Assembly (NCBI GenBank): GCA_003353845.1
Contig: PIVT01000015.1
Coordinates: 689-64,688, forward strand
DNA from: Pseudomonadota bacterium
GTDB taxonomy: Bacteria > Myxococcota_A > UBA9160 > JADFDR01
Direction: 5' to 3'
Length of the DNA: 64,000 bases
Below, in pieces: positions 1 to 8,779 of this stretch (position 1 is the stretch's first letter; the number at the start of each line of letters is the position of its first letter). Under the pieces are notes generated by a model. The model was given only the letters and a program-made list of their open reading frames with translations, searched no databases and was not told the DNA's origin. Position numbers and translations under genes: made by a program.

Positions 1-2290
1 CGATGGCGTAGCGGAGCTGCTGTTCAGCCGCTTCGTTCATGCCCTTTCGCAGGTAAACAAAACCCAAGGTGTGGGCCACTTCCCAACTGGCTCCCGCCCC
101 CTCTTGGGCTCGCTTGGCCAAGGTCAAAGCCCTTTCCAGATCCTTGCCCTGGCTGGCCAACAACAGAGCGTACTCGCGATTTCCCCGAACCGAGTTGGGG
201 TCGCCCTCCAAAATAAGCTCATACATTTTTTCAGCTTCCGCGAACTCTTCTTGCTCGAAATACAAACTGGCCAACTGCAATTGCCCTGCTTCATCCAGTC
301 GCGCTGCCTCCAGTTCACCCTTCAAAAACTCGATGGCTTTGTGTGGCTTGCCCTGAGCCTTGTAAAGGACGAGCAACTGATCCATGCCTCCCTTGACCTT
401 GGGATCCAGTTCCAGCGCACGCAATACACTGGCCTCCCCTTCGTCCCAGCGCTTTAAATGAATCAGCAGTCGGGCTTGGGTGAGCTGTAATTTCGGGTCC
501 TCTGGCAACAAGGTCAGGGCATGCTCAACCCGAGGTAAGGCGCGCTCGGAATGACCGTCGGCGATGTCGTAGCGAATCATCAACTCCAACAGGTTCGGAT
601 TGACCGGATAGCGCTCAAACGCCTCTTCAACCAGGGTGCGCGTACGGGCAGGCTCGCGAAGCCCTTCCCAACGCGCGTACTCAATGACGAGCGCTGGCGG
701 CGGTGTGGGTTCAAAGGCATTCAACAAATGTTCCAATAAGACCCGCCCCCGATCTTCCATGTCGAAGTGATAAAAGGCCTCGATCAAGCCGACCTGCTCC
801 ATCAGGTGGAGCGTGATTTTCAGCTTGGAAAGCGTTTGGTACACCGTCAACGCAAGATTCCAGTCCTCAGCACGCAGAGCAATCTTCAACTGCAAGCGCA
901 TCAAGGGGATGGAAGGTTCCGTTAGCAATTCGACCGATCGATCCAGCGCTGCCTGCGAGGCGGGCAAGTTTCCTCGGCCAAATTCGGCTTCTGCTAGCAA
1001 AAGGTAAGCGTCCGCGTTTTCCTCCAAGGTCACCAACTCACGCAAAACCTCCGCCGCCTCATCGAATCGGCGATTGGCAATTTCGAGTTCCAAAGCAGCC
1101 AGCTCGGTGTTGAGGTCTTTGGGAAACTCTTTCTGGAGCTGACGGAGTGTTGCTTGAGCCGCCTCTATTTGGTGACTCGCAACGAGGTAGCTCAGTTTGG
1201 TGCGCAACATGAGAGCTGGCTCCACGCCTGCTTTTCCAGCTCGATCCAGTGTCTCCAGCGCTTTTTCTTCATTGCCATGCTTCAGATAAAAATCGTAAAC
1301 CAAAAGGCGAACACGCCCTACATCGGGTTGCAGCGTTATAAGCCGCCCCCAAACGTCTTCACCCGTTTGATTTTTCGCTTCCATCAAGTCGGCCAAACTG
1401 ATCCAAGCGGGCAGGTACTCTGGCAACTGCTCCACTGTCATCTCATAGGCCCAAAGCTGGTACTCTGTATCTTCAATGGAGGAGGCGTACTTGGCTAACT
1501 CTTCAAAAATGCCTCGGTTGAGGTTGAATTCCGGATCGGCCTCCGCCTGGTTCAGGGCAGAGGTCACCATGCTGCGGTAAGCCCGCTTGGCCTCGGTTTC
1601 ATGACCGGTCCAGGATCGGTAGGTTCGCGCCTGAAAGATCTGCGCTTCCCAGCCCGGCCGCAGGCGCTCCATTTCTCGGTAGCTGGCCAGCGCCTTTTCA
1701 AACAAGGAGTCTTCCGGGTTTTCCTCAGGGTCCGCCTTCAAGCGGTTGAACTCGTTGCTATAGACCAGCCCCAGCATTGAGTAATGCTTCGCCACGTCCG
1801 GTTCCAAGTTCACGGCTTGCAAGGCCATTTCCAAGGCCTCACTAAAGCGCCCCGCTCTACTCAGCACCTCCGCCCGAACCCCCAAGGCCTCTGCGTTCTC
1901 GGGGGACTCAGCGAGCACGGCATCGACGAGTTCCAGCGCGCGTTCCGTGTCTTGGAAGCCAAGCAAGTACGCCGCAGCGAGCGCAGCCTTCGGATCGCTG
2001 GAATCCAGGCGATGAGACTCCAGATAGAAGAATAGGGCGTCATCGTCCCTCTCCGCCTGGCTATAACGCTCCGCAATGAGCCAGTTGACCTGCGCATTTT
2101 TCGGCTCCAGCTGCAAAGCCGTTCGCAGTTCCAGCACGGCAGTCTTGGCCTCGTCGACGGGGTAAGCCGCGGCGCGATCTATGTGTTGTTGCACTCTCTC
2201 CTCGCGCGAGAGACAACCTACGACTCCCAGCGCGAGAAGTAACAATGCGATCCCACACCTGAGCCCGCGCTCCACCAACCCAAAATTCAT
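1..2290 (-). CDS. TPR-repeat lipoprotein, partial. The C-terminus lies beyond the window start. It resembles PEP-CTERM-system-type TPR lipoproteins.
   Basis: This gene is absent from the ORF track because it has no in-window stop. My reverse-complement translation from the ATG at 2290-2288 gives MNFGLVERGLRCGIALLLLALGVVGCLSREE..., a signal peptide with a VVGC lipobox. An open frame of about 760 aa with repeated TPR-like helices follows down to position 1. Confidence 0.7.
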   Translation of the reverse strand, partial: MNFGLVERGLRCGIALLLLALGVVGCLSREERVQQHIDRAAAYPVDEAKTAVLELRTALQLEPKNAQVNWLIAERYSQAERDDDALFFYLESHRLDSSDPKAALAAAYLLGFQDTERALELVDAVLAESPENAEALGVRAEVLSRAGRFSEALEMALQAVNLEPDVAKHYSMLGLVYSNEFNRLKADPEENPEDSLFEKALASYREMERLRPGWEAQIFQARTYRSWTGHETEAKRAYRSMVTSALNQAEADPEFNLNRGIFEELAKYASSIEDTEYQLWAYEMTVEQLPEYLPAWISLADLMEAKNQTGEDVWGRLITLQPDVGRVRLLVYDFYLKHGNEEKALETLDRAGKAGVEPALMLRTKLSYLVASHQIEAAQATLRQLQKEFPKDLNTELAALELEIANRRFDEAAEVLRELVTLEENADAYLLLAEAEFGRGNLPASQAALDRSVELLTEPSIPLMRLQLKIALRAEDWNLALTVYQTLSKLKITLHLMEQVGLIEAFYHFDMEDRGRVLLEHLLNAFEPTPPPALVIEYARWEGLREPARTRTLVEEAFERYPVNPNLLELMIRYDIADGHSERALPRVEHALTLLPEDPKLQLTQARLLIHLKRWDEGEASVLRALELDPKVKGGMDQLLVLYKAQGKPHKAIEFLKGELEAARLDEAGQLQLASLYFEQEEFAEAEKMYELILEGDPNSVRGNREYALLLASQGKDLERALTLAKRAQEGAGASWEVAHTLGFVYLRKGMNEAAEQQLRYAI

Positions 2291-2446
2291 GACTCGACTC
2301 CCGTCCCGCCCGTGGCAGAAGCGCTCCCCGCTGGGCGGGAAACGGTAATAATGTTTGAGGGACATAGGGTTCGCTTTATGTCCTCTTCCTGCAAGGGGCT
2401 AGCCCTGGGAATCGAAAGGAGTCCCTCTGCGCCGAGCTTCGAGGAC

Positions 2447-4732
2447 TCAGGCGCGCTCCAAATTGGCGTAGCGCGCCAAGATTTTTTTGACACCCGCGCG
2501 CTCAAAACGAATCTTGAACTTCTGATGCTCACCGTCTCCACTCACCTCAAGCACCGTACCCAGGCCGTACACGGGATGGCGCACCCGGGTTCCCACGCCG
2601 GCGGAACCCTCGCTCCCCGTCTCTTGGCTGTAAGAAGTATCGACCTGCCTTTCTCCACGACGAGCCTTGGGCGACCGCGTACCCGCCGAACTCCCCCAAG
2701 AAGAACTGCGCTGCGGTTGTCCGTATTCGGGCGCAAATCCCTTGTCGTGATAGCTCGGCAGGCGCCGTTTGGGGGCCGATTTCACTTCCACAAATTCAAA
2801 AGGGATTTCACGCAAGAATCGGGAGGGCATGCTGTGAGAGCGTTTGCCAAAGCGCATGCGCTCGGCCGCACAGGTCAAGGTGAGCTTCTCCATGGCCCGT
2901 GTCATACCCACGTAACACAGGCGGCGCTCCTCCTCGATGCCACTTTCGTCGTGGGAAGAAGCAGCGTGGGGCAGTAGGCCCTCTTCCAAGCCCACCAAGT
3001 ACACCCAAGGAAATTCCAAGCCTTTGGCCGAGTGGGTCGTCATGAGGGACACGCGCGCTTCGCCCAAATCGGCCTGATCCAAATCCGAGACCAGGGCCAC
3101 TTGATCCAAGAACAGCTCAATCAGGCTGCGCTCGGCTCCCTCCTCCTGCATGAATTCCTCAATGTTCTCTGCCTTGAATTCCTCGGCACTGCTCACCAAT
3201 TCCCGCAGATTCTCAATGCGCCCTTCGGCTTCAGGGCTGCCATCTTTTTCGAGATGACCCAGGTAACCCGAGACATTCAGCACACGGGCGATGGCCTCCC
3301 CGGGCCCGAGATCTTGAATCTCGCGCGACAAACCATCGAGGAGATTCAGGAAGGTCTTCACTTTGCCCGACGAGCGCCCGGAACCTTCACTGGCAAAACA
3401 GCGCAATCCTTGCAGTAAACCGCCGCCCGCCTCACGCCCCATCTCCGCCGCGCGATCCAGCGTCGTGCGACCAATGCCGCGAGGGGGGTTGTTCACGATG
3501 CGCCGCAGGCCCATTTCATCGGAGAGATTCACCAGCACTCGCAGGTAGGCCAAGGCGTCTTTTACTTCTGCACGCTCGTAAAAACGCACACCGCCCACAA
3601 TCACATAGGGGACGTTGTACTTGAGCAACTCTTCCTCAAAGGTTCGCGATTGTGCATTGGTGCGATAGAAAATCGCAATCTCCGACAAGTCGCGATCACC
3701 GTCCCTTCGCCCGGCCAGAATTTCACGCACGACGTACTGCGCCTCTTCGCGATCGGTATTGGCCTCGTACAAGGTGAGGAGTTCTCCACCTTCGCGCTCG
3801 GTGTATAACTTCTTGCTCTTGCGTTCGACATTGTGGGCCACCAGCGCCGAGGCCGCTTCGAGAATGGGTTGGGTGGATCGGTAATTACATTCCAACAACA
3901 CTACTTTGGCGCTGGGGTAGTCGCGCTCGAAATCCAGGATGTTGCGCAGGTTGGCACCGCGCCAGGCGTAGATGCTCTGGTCGGGGTCTCCCACGACGCA
4001 TAGATTGCCGTGCCCGCTGACAAGTTGTTTCACCCATTGATACTGCACGGTGTTGGTGTCCTGGTACTCGTCCACCAACACATACTGAAAGCGTTGTCGG
4101 TACTGCTCCAACACATCGGGGTGTTCCTTGAAAAGAACCACCGTCTGCAAGAGCAAATCGCCGAAGTCCAGCGCGTTGGCTTCGAGCAGCATGCGCTGAT
4201 AGGTCTCGTAGAGTTCAGCGCTGCGCTCTTCTTCGATGTCTGTCGATAACTCCAGCGCGCGTTCGGGCAAGACCCCTTCGTTCTTCCACTGGTCGAATTT
4301 CCAACGCAGTCGACGCGGTTCGATCACCTTGGGATCCAGGCTGTGCCGCTTGAGCACTTGTTTGATCAAGCCCAGCGAATCTGTGTCGTCGTAAATCACA
4401 AAGTTCTGATCGCGCCCCAAAAAACCAATGTCGCGTCGCAAAATCCGAACACAAGTCGAGTGAAAAGTGGAAACCCATAGCCCGCTGCGCCCTAAACCCA
4501 AGAGCCGCTCTACGCGTTCGCGCATTTCTCCCGCCGCTTTATTGGTAAAGGTGACGGCCAACAAAGAAGCGGGATCCACTCCCTTTTCTCGCACCAGATA
4601 GGCCAGGCGATGCACCAACACGCGGGTTTTCCCACTGCCAGCACCAGCCAAGACGAGCAAAGGCCCTTCGGTGGAGATCACCGCTTCTTGTTGCTCCGGA
4701 TTTAAACCTGCGAGGAGATCCTTGCTGCTCAT
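2447..4732 (-). CDS. uvrD: ATP-dependent DNA helicase of the UvrD/PcrA family
   Basis: The 761-aa product has Walker A AGAGSGKTRVL, motif II DEYQDTN and SF1 helicase motifs throughout. The C-terminal RVRHPVYGLGTVLEV segment resembles the UvrD/PcrA Tudor-like tail. Confidence 0.95.
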   Translation of the reverse strand: MSSKDLLAGLNPEQQEAVISTEGPLLVLAGAGSGKTRVLVHRLAYLVREKGVDPASLLAVTFTNKAAGEMRERVERLLGLGRSGLWVSTFHSTCVRILRRDIGFLGRDQNFVIYDDTDSLGLIKQVLKRHSLDPKVIEPRRLRWKFDQWKNEGVLPERALELSTDIEEERSAELYETYQRMLLEANALDFGDLLLQTVVLFKEHPDVLEQYRQRFQYVLVDEYQDTNTVQYQWVKQLVSGHGNLCVVGDPDQSIYAWRGANLRNILDFERDYPSAKVVLLECNYRSTQPILEAASALVAHNVERKSKKLYTEREGGELLTLYEANTDREEAQYVVREILAGRRDGDRDLSEIAIFYRTNAQSRTFEEELLKYNVPYVIVGGVRFYERAEVKDALAYLRVLVNLSDEMGLRRIVNNPPRGIGRTTLDRAAEMGREAGGGLLQGLRCFASEGSGRSSGKVKTFLNLLDGLSREIQDLGPGEAIARVLNVSGYLGHLEKDGSPEAEGRIENLRELVSSAEEFKAENIEEFMQEEGAERSLIELFLDQVALVSDLDQADLGEARVSLMTTHSAKGLEFPWVYLVGLEEGLLPHAASSHDESGIEEERRLCYVGMTRAMEKLTLTCAAERMRFGKRSHSMPSRFLREIPFEFVEVKSAPKRRLPSYHDKGFAPEYGQPQRSSSWGSSAGTRSPKARRGERQVDTSYSQETGSEGSAGVGTRVRHPVYGLGTVLEVSGDGEHQKFKIRFERAGVKKILARYANLERA

Positions 4733-4741
4733 GTAGCTGAC

Positions 4742-6589
4742 TTATTCCACCGTCACGCTTTTGGCAAGATTTCTCGGCTGATCCACATCCGTTCCCTTGA
4801 GTGTCGCGACGTGATAGGCGAGGAACTGCAAGGGGATGGTGGCCAAGATCGCCGAGAGCGGGCCTTGTAAATCGGGAATGGTCAGCACCTCTTCAGCGCG
4901 ACCCGCAATGACGGTATCTCCTTCGGTCGCAATGGCAATAATACGACCTCCGCGCGTGCGCACTTCTTCGAGGTTGGAAATGACTTTGTCATACACCGGG
5001 CTTTTTTCAGCCACGACCACCACCGGCATGTCTTCATCAATCAGCGCGATGGGGCCGTGCTTCATTTCGCCAGCGGCATACCCTTCGGCGTGGATGTAGC
5101 TGATCTCTTTTAATTTCAGTGCGCCTTCCAAAGCAATGGGGAACATGACGCCACGTCCCAGGAACAAGAAGTGGCTGGAGTGGAAGTACTTGCGCGCCAC
5201 GCGTCGCACCTCATCGTCCATGTGCAAGGTTTGCTCCACTAAACGCGGCAGGCGAATCAGATCGTGCAAGCCGGTTCGAATCTCATCATCGCTCAACTTG
5301 CCCCGTGCGATGCCTAATTTCAGAGCCAATAGATAGAGAGACACAACCTGGGTCGTGAAGGCCTTGGTGGACGCGACTCCGATTTCGGGACCCGCGTGGG
5401 TGTAAAGAACATCGTCGGACTCGCGCGCAATGGTGGACTCGCGCACATTGCAAATCGAGAAAATGCGAGCACCTCTCTCCTTGCCTTCGCGCAAGCCGGC
5501 CAGGGTGTCGGCTGTCTCACCGGATTGTGAAACCAAGACCACCATGCAGTTTTCATCAATGACAGGCTGTCGGTAACGGAACTCACTGGCCAGATCCACT
5601 TCCACTGAAATGCCGGCCATCTGCTCGATCATGTACTTCGCCACCAAGCAGGAGTGCCAGGCAGTGCCGCAAGCAATGAGCACGATCCGATGAATTTTCG
5701 AAACCGCCTCCGCCGAAAAATCAATGCCGTCCAAGTCGACATCCAAGTCCGCTTCATGCACTCGCGTGCCAATCGTGTCGGTAATGGCGCGGGGTTGCTC
5801 GAAGATCTCTTTCTGCATAAAGCGGTCGTAACCACCCTTCTCGACAGAAATCGGATCCCAGGCGATTTGCCTGGGTGGGCGATCTACTTCGTTCCCCGCC
5901 TCGTCACAGATGCTTACACCGTCGGGTGTAAGGGAGGCAAAGTCACCATCTTCTATGAAAATCATGCTGCGCGTGTGCGAAAGAATGGCGGGCACGTCGC
6001 TGGCCAGATACGTGCGATCCTCACCCACACCGAGAATAATCGGGCTGCCACCGTTCTTCGCCACGACAATGCACTCGGGCTCTTTCTCGGAAATCACCGC
6101 CAGGGCGTAGGCACCCTCAAGCTCTGTACAGGCATCGCGCACGGCCGCTAACAAATTCATGCCGCGTTCGACGCGTTCATTGATCAAGTGCGAGACGAGT
6201 TCCGTGTCTGTCTCAGACAACACAGCCCCGCCCGCCGCTTGAATCTTTTCGCGCAGAGCAATGTGATTTTCAATAATTCCATTATGCACCAAGGCTACGG
6301 AACCGCAGCGATGGGGATGCGCATTGGTTTCCGAGGGCGCGCCGTGAGTCGCCCAGCGCGTGTGGCCAATGCCCACGGGACCGTCCAGCGGATCCTTGCG
6401 CAACACCTCTTCGAGGTTGGCCAGCTTCCCTTCTGCCCGGCGCTGAGAGATTTGGCCAGCACCAGCGCTGGGATTCAGGATGGCAACGCCGGCCGAGTCG
6501 TAACCGCGGTATTCCAAGCGGCGCAAGCCTTCGATCAGCACGCTGACGGCACCGGGCTCCCGACCCACTGTTCCTACGATTCCACACAT
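4742..6589 (-). CDS. glmS: Glutamine--fructose-6-phosphate aminotransferase
   Basis: The 615-aa product has the N-terminal MCGIVG nucleophile, two SIS domains and the C-terminal AKSVTVE. Confidence 0.97.
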   Translation of the reverse strand: MCGIVGTVGREPGAVSVLIEGLRRLEYRGYDSAGVAILNPSAGAGQISQRRAEGKLANLEEVLRKDPLDGPVGIGHTRWATHGAPSETNAHPHRCGSVALVHNGIIENHIALREKIQAAGGAVLSETDTELVSHLINERVERGMNLLAAVRDACTELEGAYALAVISEKEPECIVVAKNGGSPIILGVGEDRTYLASDVPAILSHTRSMIFIEDGDFASLTPDGVSICDEAGNEVDRPPRQIAWDPISVEKGGYDRFMQKEIFEQPRAITDTIGTRVHEADLDVDLDGIDFSAEAVSKIHRIVLIACGTAWHSCLVAKYMIEQMAGISVEVDLASEFRYRQPVIDENCMVVLVSQSGETADTLAGLREGKERGARIFSICNVRESTIARESDDVLYTHAGPEIGVASTKAFTTQVVSLYLLALKLGIARGKLSDDEIRTGLHDLIRLPRLVEQTLHMDDEVRRVARKYFHSSHFLFLGRGVMFPIALEGALKLKEISYIHAEGYAAGEMKHGPIALIDEDMPVVVVAEKSPVYDKVISNLEEVRTRGGRIIAIATEGDTVIAGRAEEVLTIPDLQGPLSAILATIPLQFLAYHVATLKGTDVDQPRNLAKSVTVE

Positions 6590-6612
6590 GACATTCGGCT
6601 CCTGTCTATCCT

Positions 6613-6646
6613 GTGATCACTATCTGGTGATCACTATCTGGTGATC
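6613..6646. repeat. Tandem 14-bp direct repeat (GTGATCACTATCTG, 2.4 copies) in the glmU-glmS intergenic spacer
   Basis: Read directly: gtgatcactatctg gtgatcactatctg gtgatc. Each unit contains the palindrome TGATCA. Confidence 0.85.
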
Positions 6647-6657
6647 TAGATTGCGCT

Positions 6658-7983
6658 CTATTTCTTTTTGCGGTGCTTGATCCAACCTTTGAGATTGCGT
6701 TGCTTGGCACGCGCGATGGCCAGGGACCCTGCCGGTACATCATCCGTCAAGGTGGAACCCGCCGCCACCGCCGATCCGTCCTCGATACTTATCGGTGCGA
6801 TCAAGTTGCTATTGCAGCCAATATTGACGTCGCTTCCCACTTTGGTGCGGTGCTTCTTTTCCCAGTCGTAATTCACAATAATGCTACCGCACCCGAAGCT
6901 AGACCCCGTGCCGACATCCGCATCACCAATGTAGGTCAAGTGGGCCGCTTTGACGCCTCGGGCCAGATGGCTGTTCTTCACCTCGACAAAGTTGCCCAGC
7001 TTCACCTTGTCCTCCAACTGACAATCGGGTCGCAAGTGCGCCATGGGACCCAACTCCACATCGTTTCCCAATCGGCTGGACTCCACCACGCAGTAGGGCT
7101 TGAGGGTCACGCGCTCGCCGAGCACGCTGTCCCCTGTCACGACACAACCCGGCCAGATTACGCTATCGCGTCCGATTTCTACACCTGCGTCTATATAGGT
7201 GCTGTCCGGGTCGACAACCGTGACCCCTTCCGACATCAGTCGGTGTAGTGTACGGCCGCGAATCACCTGCGCTGCCTCGGCCAATTCCACTCGCGTATTG
7301 ACCCCCAAGCTTTCCTCTTCACTCTCCAGCTTGAGCGCCTCGACTCGGCCTCCGGCAGCAATGGCCAATTCGACAATATCGGTGAGATAAATCTCTCCTT
7401 GCTCGTTGGACGAATCGACTTTGGCCAAGGTCTCCCAAAGCAACTCCGCATCCACCAGGTAAACGCCCGTGTTGCCTTCTTGGATCTTCAATTCTTCCGA
7501 CGTCGCATCGGTTTGCTCGACAATTTTTACCACCTGCCCCTGGGCACCGCGCACGATACGACCGGGCAAGGGAACGGGGGCGGTCAACATGGCCAAGGCC
7601 GCGCCCGTCTCGCGCTTGAAAGCAGCAAGCTGCTGCAGGGTTTCGGGCAGGAGCAAAGGCGTGTCGCCGTATAAAATGAGCACTTGACCCTCGGCAGCAG
7701 CTGGGGAATCCGACAGGGCCGCTTTGGCCGTGAGCACGGCATGCCCGGTTCCATTCTGCTCTTCCTGTAACACAAAGGTCGCGCGCCCTTGAAAGCGAGC
7801 TTCGACCTGCTCGGCGTCGCGGCCGATCACCACGGCCAGCCGCCCTGGATTTAAAGCCTCAGCCGCCAGCAGGGAATACTCCAAGAGCGGGCGTCCGCAG
7901 ATCTCATGCAACACCTTGGTCAGGTTGGACTTCATCCGCGTCCCCTGACCGGCGGCAAGGATCACAACCGACAGATCACTCAT
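6658..7983 (-). CDS. glmU: Bifunctional UDP-N-acetylglucosamine pyrophosphorylase / glucosamine-1-phosphate N-acetyltransferase
   Basis: The 441-aa product has the N-terminal LAAGQGTRMKS nucleotidyltransferase motif and C-terminal left-handed beta-helix hexapeptide repeats. Confidence 0.95.
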   Translation of the reverse strand: MSDLSVVILAAGQGTRMKSNLTKVLHEICGRPLLEYSLLAAEALNPGRLAVVIGRDAEQVEARFQGRATFVLQEEQNGTGHAVLTAKAALSDSPAAAEGQVLILYGDTPLLLPETLQQLAAFKRETGAALAMLTAPVPLPGRIVRGAQGQVVKIVEQTDATSEELKIQEGNTGVYLVDAELLWETLAKVDSSNEQGEIYLTDIVELAIAAGGRVEALKLESEEESLGVNTRVELAEAAQVIRGRTLHRLMSEGVTVVDPDSTYIDAGVEIGRDSVIWPGCVVTGDSVLGERVTLKPYCVVESSRLGNDVELGPMAHLRPDCQLEDKVKLGNFVEVKNSHLARGVKAAHLTYIGDADVGTGSSFGCGSIIVNYDWEKKHRTKVGSDVNIGCNSNLIAPISIEDGSAVAAGSTLTDDVPAGSLAIARAKQRNLKGWIKHRKKK

Positions 7984-8001
7984 CTCCAGATTCCTCCACT
8001 T

Positions 8002-8043
8002 CTCAAAGCTTGACCCCTATGACTCAAAGCCTGACCCCTATGA
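8002..8043. repeat. Tandem 21-bp direct repeat (CTCAAAGCYTGACCCCTATGA, 2 copies) immediately upstream of the glmU start
   Basis: Read directly: ctcaaagcttgacccctatga ctcaaagcctgacccctatga. The two copies differ at one position. Confidence 0.85.
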
Positions 8044-8050
8044 ATAGCCG

Positions 8051-8464
8051 TTAGAGCTGATAGAGCATCCAATAAACCATGACCCCTGTAACCGAGACCG
8101 TCATCCAGACGGGAAAAGCAAAGCGTGCGATCTTTTTGTGTTTCTCGAATTCCTTGCGCGCAGCATGCCACAAGGTCTTTCCCACCAAAGGGACCAGGGC
8201 CATGGACAGCAGCACGTGCACCAACAACACCGACAAGTAGAAGACGCGGAGCGCCCCCTCTCCCTCAAAATGCTTGGAGCCCGCGTAGTAGTGATAAGTC
8301 ACGTAAGACATCAAAAACAAACTCGACGTACCCGTCGCGCTGCCCATGAAAACCTTGTGTGCAAATACTTTTCGATTTCGCACTGCGATGTATCCCGCTG
8401 ACAGTAGAATGGCGCTAATTCCATTCAGCGTGGCATTCACCGTGGGCAATCCCGAAACATCCAT
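8051..8464 (-). CDS. DUF420-family integral membrane protein
   Basis: LPTVNATLNGISAILLSAGYIAVRNRKVFAHKVFM...SSLFLMSYVTYHYY matches the DUF420 pattern. I chose the internal Met (MDVSGLP) as the start; the track ORF extends to 8548. Confidence 0.7.
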   Translation of the reverse strand: MDVSGLPTVNATLNGISAILLSAGYIAVRNRKVFAHKVFMGSATGTSSLFLMSYVTYHYYAGSKHFEGEGALRVFYLSVLLVHVLLSMALVPLVGKTLWHAARKEFEKHKKIARFAFPVWMTVSVTGVMVYWMLYQL

Positions 8465-8779
8465 ACTAAACGCTGTGGCCTCCCTCTTCTTCCATCCTTG
8501 CCATTTGCGTACTACGGGCCAAGAGCCCCGTTTCCGCTGGCAAAACATATCACGTAGCCCCCCGAAAGCGCTTGCCCCACGCCAGCTCCGCGCTTAGTCT
8601 GTGCGCAGAAGGAAACGAGGACACCTCCCATTCAAATTTTTGGAAACACCAAGGGCCTGAAGGCCAGCCAAGTCCGTCAGATTGAGCATCTCTACCGCCG
8701 CAGCGTCCCCGCTGACCGGCTCCTCACCCAGGAACTTGCGCGCCAACTCACCGAGATTTCATTTTCCAGCAAACGACAG

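Noticed and set aside
2312-2977. A 221-aa + strand ORF lies opposite the 3' end of uvrD.
   Set aside because: It is antisense to a confidently assigned helicase gene and has no motifs. Its composition is off-frame-like.
6590-6657. I considered a glmS ribozyme upstream of glmS.
   Set aside because: The spacer is only 68 nt and consists mostly of a 14-bp tandem repeat. That is far too short for the glmS ribozyme core of about 170 nt, which is also mainly a Gram-positive feature.
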